The notes below the pieces were generated by a model. It was not told the origin of the DNA and made no database searches. It saw only the letters and a list, made by a program, of their open reading frames with translations. The position numbers were made by a program, and so were the translations under genes. A stretch of 35,571 nucleotides of DNA from a virus (lineage: Duplodnaviria; Caudoviricetes), in IMG/VR virus record IMGVR_UViG_3300008255_001769, positions 1 through 35,571 of that record; one strand, given 5' to 3'. Shown in pieces: positions 19,315-26,641 of this stretch; within the stretch, counting starts at the first letter, position 1; each line of letters begins with the position of its first letter.

Positions 19315-19767
19315 ATGTCACAGAATCCAAAGTTGCCTGAGGGAACATGGTCCATCAACGCGGAGGACAAGAAAGAGATCGTAGCTTTTGGCCGCGAGCT
19401 CTCAAAGTTCATCTACGGCTATGTGAAATCTAAAGGTGTCACGCGCTTCCATACGAAGCTGGTTGCGGGAGCTTTTCAGTATTTCATGGACCTTCAAACT
19501 CAGAAGGCGAAGATCGTTGGTGACGATATCATCATCGCCCAGGACACACTCGAGAAGAATGGTCTTGGAGCTGAGGTGAACGAGCCGTTCGATGATCCTG
19601 AGCCTGTTGTTGAGACAAAGGAACAGAAGATCGCGCGCTTGAAGGCGGATCTCGAGGAACTCGAGAAGCCTGAGCCGGTTGCTGATCCTGAAGTCGAGGA
19701 GGCTTCAATCACTCCGGACAACAAGCCGGTACAAGTAGACGCTCCGGCCCAGCCTGAGACTGTCTAA
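19315..19767 (+). CDS. Hypothetical protein with acidic tail
   Basis: ORF with AT-rich leader; first ATG at 19315. Confidence 0.65.
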   Translation: MSQNPKLPEGTWSINAEDKKEIVAFGRELSKFIYGYVKSKGVTRFHTKLVAGAFQYFMDLQTQKAKIVGDDIIIAQDTLEKNGLGAEVNEPFDDPEPVVETKEQKIARLKADLEELEKPEPVADPEVEEASITPDNKPVQVDAPAQPETV

Positions 19768-19808
19768 GGGTGAATGGTTATTGCCGGGTTCGATTCCCGG
19801 CAACCCTT

Positions 19809-20048
19809 ATGGGCGAAGAATTTGTAAAGATCAAGTTGGTTATCAAAAAGGGTGAGATTATTTCTTGCCCGGATTGTGGTCGCGAGTTCCCAGCTCAGAA
19901 AACGATCGTCATCTTTGAGAATGATCCGGTCGACATCGTGCTCATTTGCGATCCTTGCATGTTGCTCTACGAAGAGTGCGAGGATGAGGATCCTGATGAC
20001 GATGAAGAAGAGGACTTTGGACCTCCGGGAGTAGGCGTACTTTTATGA
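19809..20048 (+). CDS. Zn-finger protein with acidic tail
   Basis: CPDC...CDPC. ATG 19809 sits at the 3' foot of an intergenic hairpin. Confidence 0.6.
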   Translation: MGEEFVKIKLVIKKGEIISCPDCGREFPAQKTIVIFENDPVDIVLICDPCMLLYEECEDEDPDDDEEEDFGPPGVGVLL

Positions 20049-20425
20049 AAGAAGAATGAAAAGAAATAAAAGAATACGAAGGACGGTACATGGTCAGTAA
20101 CTTTGGCCGGATTCAAAGTGTCGCAAGATGCCATGAAGAAACAAAGAAGTGCTGGGCCGAGAAGATGATGAAGCTTCACGTCCACACTAACTGCTACCAG
20201 GTTGTATGGCTCAGGAAGCCGGGCTTCCATCAGAAGTTTTATGTGCATCGGATCGTTGCCAAACATTTCCTGGAACGACCTGAAGGCAAAGACTTCGTGA
20301 ATCATAAAGATAAGAACCGGATGAATAACCACGTCGACAATCTCGAATGGTGTACTCACGATGAGAACATGAAGCATCGAGACGCGCACCGGACCCCTGT
20401 TTGTGATGACGCAATACCTTTCTAA
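20045..20425 (+). pseudogene. NUMOD4-HNH homing endonuclease with in-frame TGA at codon 5 (open frame from 20090)
   Basis: MKEE*KEIKEYEGRYMVSNFGRI (NUMOD4) and VHRIVAKHF...VNHKDKNRMNNHVDNLEWCTHDENMKH (HNH_3). The start at 20045 is coupled by an ATGA overlap. Confidence 0.8.
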
Positions 20426-21789
20426 TGAAAATCTCAGACAAAATTTACATAGATCTCGATAAGGAAAAAGTGGATGAGAAGATCCTCGACCTTTTGACTT
20501 ACGACAACCCGGACTACTACCAGCGCATGAACCTCGGGATCTCTGTATGGGGTACTCCGGAGACGATCAAAACGTATTCGATGAGAGACCGGTCGCTTCA
20601 AATCTTGCGCGGCGAAGCTCTCAAAGTGAAACCGTATATCGGTCATCACGAATACAACTTCGAGCATCCCGATCATCCGATCAGTCTCCAGTACATCAAC
20701 AAGGATTTCGATCTCGATGAGTATCAGGAAGGAGCGGTTGCCGCGATCAAAGGGAAGCGGCAAGGAGTGATCCACGCCATCACCTCCGCCGGCAAGTCGC
20801 TGATCATCCTGAAATCGATCGTGGAGATTGGTCAGAAGGCCGTGATCGTAGTGCATCGAAAGGTTTTGATGGAACAAATATTAAAAGATATCGATAAATA
20901 TATTCGCGATGAAAAAGGAAACAAAATCAAGCCGGGTATCGTTGGAAACGGATCTAAAACTTTTGGAGACATCACGGTTGCGATTGATAAGACGCTTGCA
21001 AACAATCTTGAAGAAGTTAGAGAAAAGTTCGGTACTGCGTTCCTCGACGAGTGCCACCTTGCACCTGCGAATACAATTTTATCTCTTCTCAACTCGATCA
21101 ACACTAAGTACCGCTTTGGCGTTACTGGAACTCTCAAACGAAGAGATCAAAAAGAGTTTCTCATCTTCTCCACATTCGGTCCGGTTATCTACCGCATCGG
21201 AAAAGAGGAGCTTCTTGAAAAAGGTAGGGTCGTCCCGGTCGAGATTAAAATTGTCGAAACGGATACCCTCTTCGATTGGGATGCGGCTTGTGAAGAGCTG
21301 GGGCCGACCAAAGCAAGAGCCCTCCAGGAGAAAACGATATCTCTCGATACCCCCCGAATTCTTCAAACCCTTAGACTTGTCTCAAGGCTCCAAGCTGAAG
21401 GTGGCAAAACGATCGTCCTCAGTAAGTTCGTCCAGCCGTGCTACGAGCTCCAAGAGAAGCTTAAAGAAGAGTTCGGGATCGAATCGGGGGTAATCACCGG
21501 TCGCGATTCAAAAGAGGCCCTGGAGAGCTACAGGCAGATGAAGGATCAGGATCTCCGGGTGATCTTCGCAACGGTCGGATGCGTCTCGACCGGAGTATCG
21601 ATCTCGGACCTCGACAACATCGTGTTGATTTCTCCAATCTACACGAATGAGCTCTTGCTCCATCAGATCCGGGGCCGGTTGATGAGGACGGCGGAAGGCA
21701 AGACGCACGGTACACTGTACTTTCTATACGATCAGTACATTTATCCGAGCTGGAAGTTATCAAGGTTCTTAAAAATAATGAAAAACTAA
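20425..21789 (+). CDS. Superfamily 2 DExH helicase (UvsW/XPB/ResIII-like)
   Basis: LDEYQ, TSAGKS, DECH, GVTGT, TGVSISDLD and QIRGRLMR motifs. Confidence 0.9.
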   Translation: MKISDKIYIDLDKEKVDEKILDLLTYDNPDYYQRMNLGISVWGTPETIKTYSMRDRSLQILRGEALKVKPYIGHHEYNFEHPDHPISLQYINKDFDLDEYQEGAVAAIKGKRQGVIHAITSAGKSLIILKSIVEIGQKAVIVVHRKVLMEQILKDIDKYIRDEKGNKIKPGIVGNGSKTFGDITVAIDKTLANNLEEVREKFGTAFLDECHLAPANTILSLLNSINTKYRFGVTGTLKRRDQKEFLIFSTFGPVIYRIGKEELLEKGRVVPVEIKIVETDTLFDWDAACEELGPTKARALQEKTISLDTPRILQTLRLVSRLQAEGGKTIVLSKFVQPCYELQEKLKEEFGIESGVITGRDSKEALESYRQMKDQDLRVIFATVGCVSTGVSISDLDNIVLISPIYTNELLLHQIRGRLMRTAEGKTHGTLYFLYDQYIYPSWKLSRFLKIMKN

Positions 21790-21790
21790 A

Positions 21791-22297
21791 ATGAATACAC
21801 CTACAAAAATTATAGTTCACCATACCGGAGGATCGAATCAGGATCCACTGGCTGATACTTCTCATCACACTTTTGAGACGGTCGATAAGTACCACAAGTC
21901 TTTGGGATGGGGGAAAATTGGCTACCATTACTTTATCGAGAAGAACGGTAGGGTTCAACAAGGTAGGTTGGATCATGAGACCGGAGCACACACTATCGGG
22001 GAGAACAACTCTTCTCTGGGTATTTGTTTGGCTGGGAATTTTGATGCGACACTTCCAACTGTGGCTCAAATTGAATCTCTCAAGAAACTCTTGATAGAAA
22101 AAACATCTCTTTATCAGATACCGGCTAATAAGATTCTTCCCCATCGTACATTTTCTCCCAAGACTTGTTACGGTAAAAAGCTATCAAATACCTGGGCGGC
22201 TGAATTACTGGAGGAGCAGAGTATTATTGCTCTTCAGCTTCAGATCAGAATTCTTCAATTAAGGATTCAGATTGCTCGATTACTAAGTTGGAAATAA
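21791..22297 (+). CDS. N-acetylmuramoyl-L-alanine amidase (Amidase_2, T7-lysozyme-like)
   Basis: IIVHHT, GYHYFI, GAHT, SLGICLAGNF and HR...KTC Zn ligands. Confidence 0.92.
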   Translation: MNTPTKIIVHHTGGSNQDPLADTSHHTFETVDKYHKSLGWGKIGYHYFIEKNGRVQQGRLDHETGAHTIGENNSSLGICLAGNFDATLPTVAQIESLKKLLIEKTSLYQIPANKILPHRTFSPKTCYGKKLSNTWAAELLEEQSIIALQLQIRILQLRIQIARLLSWK

Positions 22298-22306
22298 ATT
22301 AATAAA

Positions 22307-22537
22307 ATGAAAATACCAGTACAACACATCATTGAAGGCGAAGAGATCGTGATTGGATTCATGCCGAAGAAAAATGTTAAGGATGGCCTAGTGATCGAGC
22401 ACTCGGCGGAGACGGCTTCACATCTTCAGCCGGCGATGACGCACGATCTCGAAGTTGGTCGGAATCGATACCCGATGCCCCCGATCGAACCGGAGTTTAT
22501 CAAGGAGGTTTATCTCGAGCTCGAAGAGGAGCAATAG
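22307..22537 (+). CDS. Hypothetical protein
   Basis: 76 aa with an A-rich leader. Confidence 0.55.
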   Translation: MKIPVQHIIEGEEIVIGFMPKKNVKDGLVIEHSAETASHLQPAMTHDLEVGRNRYPMPPIEPEFIKEVYLELEEEQ

Positions 22538-22539
22538 CC

Positions 22540-22692
22540 ATGAACAGATGTCCCCATTGTAACCGTCCGCTTCTCATGCCTCAGTGGAAAACTTGTGATG
22601 ACAAGGATTGCCGGAGAAAAAGGGAGAAGGCAAAGAGGGATGCGAAGAAAAACTTATCCCCAGTTGAGGTTGATAAAAATCTATTGACATAG
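22540..22692 (+). CDS. Small Cys-rich basic protein (50 aa; not in ORF track)
   Basis: MNRCPHCNRPLLMPQWKTCDDKDCRRKREK...; fills the gap, starting 2 nt after the previous stop. Confidence 0.55.
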   Translation: MNRCPHCNRPLLMPQWKTCDDKDCRRKREKAKRDAKKNLSPVEVDKNLLT

Positions 22693-22713
22693 AAATGACA
22701 CCTAGCGTATGAT
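22684..22713 (+). promoter_or_regulatory. Sigma70-type promoter with direct-repeat operator, upstream of the LexA-like gene
   Basis: TTGACA-tagaa-ATGACA-cctagcg-TATGAT, with TTATCCCCA at 22654. Confidence 0.8.
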
Positions 22714-22720
22714 TAAGAGC

Positions 22721-22954
22721 ATGGAAAAAAAGGCAGAAATAAACTTACAGCCGTCACACGTCAAGGCGTACCGCTATATTCAAAAGTACGTTAAGAAGAA
22801 CATCGTGGCTCCGGAGATCGCAGAGATCGCTTCCGGCATCAAGCTCACGGTACGGCACACTTACAGGATCATCGATGATCTTCAGGATCTTGGTTATATC
22901 TCAAAGGATAGTCACAAGAAACGGTCGATCAAAATAGAGAAACCGATGCGATAA
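22721..22954 (+). CDS. Stand-alone LexA-type winged-helix DNA-binding protein
   Basis: L...H..AY.YI..Y......P...EIA..............L..LGYI......RSI.I is the LexA N-domain pattern, with no S24 peptidase domain. The ATG at 22709 lies inside the -10 box, so 22721 is preferred. Confidence 0.8.
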   Translation: MEKKAEINLQPSHVKAYRYIQKYVKKNIVAPEIAEIASGIKLTVRHTYRIIDDLQDLGYISKDSHKKRSIKIEKPMR

Positions 22955-23015
22955 CTTTGTCGGCTGAGATTTGTACCGGGGCCTCCGATTCAGATCTCAG
23001 CCCACAAGGGCTGAG
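22955..23015 (+). other. Long stem-loop with mutually exclusive downstream hairpin
   Basis: ggctgagatttg/cagatctcagcc versus ctcagccc-acaa-gggctgag. Confidence 0.65.
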
Positions 23016-23047
23016 GGTTTCAATTATCAATTAATCATTCAAATATT

Positions 23048-23242
23048 ATGGATGACAATCAAAAGGAAAACGTGATTCCTTCAGGTGATACAGCTCCGGC
23101 TGAAGCTCCTGAGGAACGCGAAGAACTCCTACCTTCGACAGATGAAGCAGAAGCTCCTGTAGCCGATGAAGCGTCTGATGAGGACGAGGAGGATGAAGAA
23201 GGCGATGAGCCGGCTTCTGACGAAGAAGGCGCAGTAGCCTAA
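23048..23242 (+). CDS. Very acidic small protein
   Basis: About 27 of 64 residues are D/E; AT-rich leader. Confidence 0.65.
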   Translation: MDDNQKENVIPSGDTAPAEAPEEREELLPSTDEAEAPVADEASDEDEEDEEGDEPASDEEGAVA

Positions 23243-23316
23243 CCCTTAGCCTATTTAGGTAGAATAAGGTCAAAGATTCACGATTAAAAAACAATTAAAA
23301 ATTCACAATTAAATTT

Positions 23317-23775
23317 ATGGCATTTCAAGAAGCAGTAGAACAGATGGGTGAGATGCTTAGGTGGACACCTGAGCCAAAGAAAGCAGATGAAAAGACCGTG
23401 TACCTCGGAGAAGTGGTAAACGGTTGGTACGTCACCAAGAAGGAAAAAGTAGGTCAGAATGAATCGAACGTTTATGAGATCAAACTCAAAGACGGCCGAT
23501 TGGTATCGATGTGGGGATCAAGCCTCCTCGATGGCAAGTTCGCTGAAATTCCTCTTGGCTCTGAGGTTCGGGTTTCATACCTCGGCATCTCTCAACCTAA
23601 GACCCCTAAGGGCCGTGCTTATCAAAACTTCCGTGTGGAGTTCGATAAGGATTCACGCGCTCCTATGGCAGAAGCGGCTCCGGCCACTCCAGCTCAAGGT
23701 CAGGCAACAGCACCAGTAGCTCCTCAGGCAACGGCTCCGGCCGCTCCAACAGGAGACACCGGTAACGGTTTCTAG
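23317..23775 (+). CDS. Probable OB-fold ssDNA-binding protein
   Basis: G.Y...S.VY...WGS..LD...G..V...YLG...GR....F.V pattern with a flexible Ala/Pro linker ending in F. Lies near the exonuclease gene. Confidence 0.6.
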   Translation: MAFQEAVEQMGEMLRWTPEPKKADEKTVYLGEVVNGWYVTKKEKVGQNESNVYEIKLKDGRLVSMWGSSLLDGKFAEIPLGSEVRVSYLGISQPKTPKGRAYQNFRVEFDKDSRAPMAEAAPATPAQGQATAPVAPQATAPAAPTGDTGNGF

Positions 23776-23782
23776 TTCTATT

Positions 23783-24005
23783 ACCCAACGCCCATCTCAA
23801 AGGTGGGCTAAGGCGTGGGGTTTCCAAATCATCCAAAGTCACCGAGGCGAAAGGAAACAAAACCTTGAATGGCGGAGGATGGTGAGACGCAAGTGAGTAA
23901 TCGGCGCGCTTAGTACGGAGATCGCAAGATCTCTCGAACATCAACTCGAGCACAATATTCTTCGTTTCGCCCCCGGGCCTGAGCTCATCTGAGGATGGTG
24001 TGAAA
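23783..24005 (+). ncRNA. Candidate structured non-coding RNA of unknown class
   Basis: A 250-bp gap in a tightly packed operon, with nested long-range pairings and a gagatc-GCAA-gatctc GNRA hairpin. Confidence 0.45.
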
Positions 24006-24026
24006 ATACAAAATTAAAACAACACC

Positions 24027-24320
24027 ATGTTCATCACTAAAATAACGCGAACGTACTCGCGATCCATCAACACCAGGACTTACAATCTCCCGGAATCATG
24101 GATCAAAATCGAATCAACCCTGGAGGCTCAGATCGAGAGCCAGGACAACCCTGTGGAGGTTTCAAAAATGCTCGCCGCCGAAGCGCAGAAGAATGTGCTT
24201 GAGCAGATCACTGAGATCGAAGGCAAGATGCGCGCGGCCGCAGAAAGGAATCGCGCTACAGCCGCCGGTAATGTGCCGGGAGCTCCAACTGCTCCAGCTA
24301 ACGCCGTAAGGCCTCTTTAA
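24027..24320 (+). CDS. Hypothetical protein
   Basis: 97 aa with an A-rich leader. Confidence 0.65.
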   Translation: MFITKITRTYSRSINTRTYNLPESWIKIESTLEAQIESQDNPVEVSKMLAAEAQKNVLEQITEIEGKMRAAAERNRATAAGNVPGAPTAPANAVRPL

Positions 24321-24325
24321 TCGCC

Positions 24326-25495
24326 ATGCCTGAAGCAAATTGCGAGGTCCAGTTGATAGATAAGAACGACTATTACAAGGACGTTTCTTACATCAGCTTC
24401 TCAGGCCTCAAGGTATTCTCTAAGTGCGAAACGCTGTACCGGGACATCTTTGTTACGAAGGTCTATGAAGAGCCGGAGAAAGATTACTTTATCTACGGCA
24501 AACTGGTGGATGCTTTTGTGACCGAGAAGCCGGAATTCATCCAAGAGAATTTTATTCAGGTTGAAAGAAAAATTAATCCTGAAGATGCTCTCAAATATGA
24601 AAACCAAATCAAAGAGCTCCAGTCCGAGATCGAAAAGAAGGAAGCCGAGATCGCGGTCAAGCCAAACAAAACTACGGAGAAGGGTATCGCGTCCCGAAGA
24701 GAGAAGATTGCTGGAATCCAAGAAGCCCTTGACACTATTAAGCATCTTGCAGACAAACAGCAAGTTACTCCGTCGATATGGGATAACGCTGAACAAACTG
24801 CACTCGCACTCAAGACGCACCCCTACTACTCAAACATGGAGTTCAACTCCGTCACCTCTCAACAGATCTTTACTTGTGTTGTTGATGGTATACCACGGAA
24901 GGGAAAACTTGATCATCTCAAGTTATCGCCAGCACTCACTAAGATCTATGCTATTTGGAAAGCAGAGCAGATCTCAACCGAGGACATGCAAGCGAAGATC
25001 CGGGAACTAAATCCAAACGATCTGTGGGCCGTGATCACTGACATTAAGACTTGCTACGATGTGGCAAAGCTTGAACCGTTCAACAATCACTATCGCGGAC
25101 AGCTCCGTTTCTACCAGGATCTCGTTCACAATACCCTTCTCATTCCACTCGAGAAGATCAAGTGTCAGATCCTAGTGGCCGACAAGCTCTCAAGCGAATT
25201 CAAAAAAGCCGAGCTCTTCCAGTACACTCAGGGCGCGCTCGACGAATTGTGGCCGGACATCCTTCAGTGGATGCACCTATGGATGGTGGCTACAAAGAGC
25301 CAAACCTACACATCAGCGAAGGAGAAGGCCGGTATCGAGCAGAAGTGCTTTACGTGCTCAGAGTGCCGTTTCTGCCCTCTCTCAAGGAGAGCCGGAGATC
25401 CGGTCATCGTGGACGGCCCTCGATTCAAGAAGGGAGACGAGCTCGCTCCGATCTCTCAGGACTTATCAACCGTGGACGCTATACTCGATTACTAA
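24326..25495 (+). CDS. PD-(D/E)XK exonuclease (RecE/AddB/Cas4-like)
   Basis: ISFSGLK.F..C, G..VD, KGKLD, DIKT, Y..QL.FYQ and C-terminal C..C..C..CP. Confidence 0.8.
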   Translation: MPEANCEVQLIDKNDYYKDVSYISFSGLKVFSKCETLYRDIFVTKVYEEPEKDYFIYGKLVDAFVTEKPEFIQENFIQVERKINPEDALKYENQIKELQSEIEKKEAEIAVKPNKTTEKGIASRREKIAGIQEALDTIKHLADKQQVTPSIWDNAEQTALALKTHPYYSNMEFNSVTSQQIFTCVVDGIPRKGKLDHLKLSPALTKIYAIWKAEQISTEDMQAKIRELNPNDLWAVITDIKTCYDVAKLEPFNNHYRGQLRFYQDLVHNTLLIPLEKIKCQILVADKLSSEFKKAELFQYTQGALDELWPDILQWMHLWMVATKSQTYTSAKEKAGIEQKCFTCSECRFCPLSRRAGDPVIVDGPRFKKGDELAPISQDLSTVDAILDY

Positions 25496-25496
25496 A

Positions 25497-25727
25497 ATGA
25501 ACCGGTCGCAAACACTAGCATTGATAACATTGGCCGCCGGGATGATCATTATTCTCTTCCTCGTAGCTTCTAAAGAGACTGAGGCAGAGCATCCGGACTA
25601 TGCGCCCGATGTTCTCGGAGACGTGCGCGAGATCGATGGAGTGCTGTACTACCCCGATGGGATGCCGGTACGCAATTATGAACAGCTTAACGTGTACTTA
25701 GAAACAGCCAATGAAACCGGAAACTAA
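25497..25727 (+). CDS. Small protein with N-terminal TM/signal segment
   Basis: LALITLAAGMIIILFLVA. Confidence 0.6.
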   Translation: MNRSQTLALITLAAGMIIILFLVASKETEAEHPDYAPDVLGDVREIDGVLYYPDGMPVRNYEQLNVYLETANETGN

Positions 25728-25914
25728 AGATCTCGCATATTACCTCACTCTCTTCAAACTTGAAGGACATCAGACCTGGAGAGCCCATCTCTCAGGCCAC
25801 GTGGACGGTTTCGAAGTAGAACAGAAGAACTGGACCAAGAAGGCCCCGGCCGTGACAGAGGTACAGAAGCTTCGCATCGATCGATTAACAGGAACATTTA
25901 GCCAGCCAAAGTAA
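25711..25914 (+). CDS. Hypothetical protein
   Basis: Overlaps both neighbours (TAATG coupling downstream). Confidence 0.55.
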   Translation: MKPETKDLAYYLTLFKLEGHQTWRAHLSGHVDGFEVEQKNWTKKAPAVTEVQKLRIDRLTGTFSQPK

Positions 25915-26384
25915 TGCAAATTATCAGACCACAAAAATCTTCGAAGCCGGTAGAGAGCTTCGAGCAAATAAAGTTTCTCGCCCGGGATCTCCAGGTGTTC
26001 CTGGAAGGAGGCAAGATGCACCCGGCCGGAGTGATTGATAAAACCTCTATCGCTCTTCACCATTCTCAAGTAGATCCGGAGCCGTTCAACTTCTTCGTGA
26101 TCAAGAGAGCTGTAGTGAAAGCAAAACCAAACGAGATCGTGGTCGTGGTAAACCCAAAGATCTTAGAGAGATCTCCGGAGAAAGACTTTGTGCTCGAGGG
26201 ATGTATATCATTCCCCTTCCGGCCGGACAAACGTGTGAAGAGGAATCGACGTGTGAAGGTTTCGTATCAGATCCCGGACGACAAGGGAGAACTGGTAACT
26301 AAAGAAGAGTGGGTAGAAGGATTAATGGCTTACGTTTTCCAGCATGAGTGTCAGCACTCACATGGTCAAAACATCTATCAGTAA
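25914..26384 (+). CDS. def: Peptide deformylase (divergent)
   Basis: VVNPKI, EGCISFP, V.R...V.V.Y and FQHECQHSHG. Confidence 0.85.
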   Translation: MQIIRPQKSSKPVESFEQIKFLARDLQVFLEGGKMHPAGVIDKTSIALHHSQVDPEPFNFFVIKRAVVKAKPNEIVVVVNPKILERSPEKDFVLEGCISFPFRPDKRVKRNRRVKVSYQIPDDKGELVTKEEWVEGLMAYVFQHECQHSHGQNIYQ

Positions 26385-26389
26385 AATTT

Positions 26390-26641
26390 ATGTCATCAGA
26401 ACCAAACAACGAAGTGCGAACATTCCGTCCTGGAGTACGACCTAATCCTAAAAAGGATTCAGGGGCTCGCCGTCCTCGCAATAGAGCCGGTATTGTATCA
26501 GTGAAAGAAGCTCCTAAGGCTCAACCAGTTTGTAAAGAGTGCCGGATTCGTCCTCGAAAGATAGGATCCTCTCGATGCGAGAAGTGTGTAACTGAACATC
26601 TAAAGAAAAATGAAACAGGATCAAGCCCTAGAAATTCTTAA
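26390..26641 (+). CDS. Basic Zn-finger protein
   Basis: CKEC...CEKC. Confidence 0.55.
   Translation: MSSEPNNEVRTFRPGVRPNPKKDSGARRPRNRAGIVSVKEAPKAQPVCKECRIRPRKIGSSRCEKCVTEHLKKNETGSSPRNS

Noticed and set aside
19765-19809. tRNA gene
   Set aside because: Only a T-arm-like hairpin; no D arm, anticodon arm or proper acceptor stem.
20057-20059. Genome-wide TGA recoding (code 4 or 25)
   Set aside because: The long genes have no in-frame TGA, and TGA serves as a stop in ATGA overlaps at 17939, 18322 and 20045.
23985-24005. Hammerhead ribozyme core (CTGAGGA...GAAA)
   Set aside because: No stem II between the motifs and no matching stems I and III.
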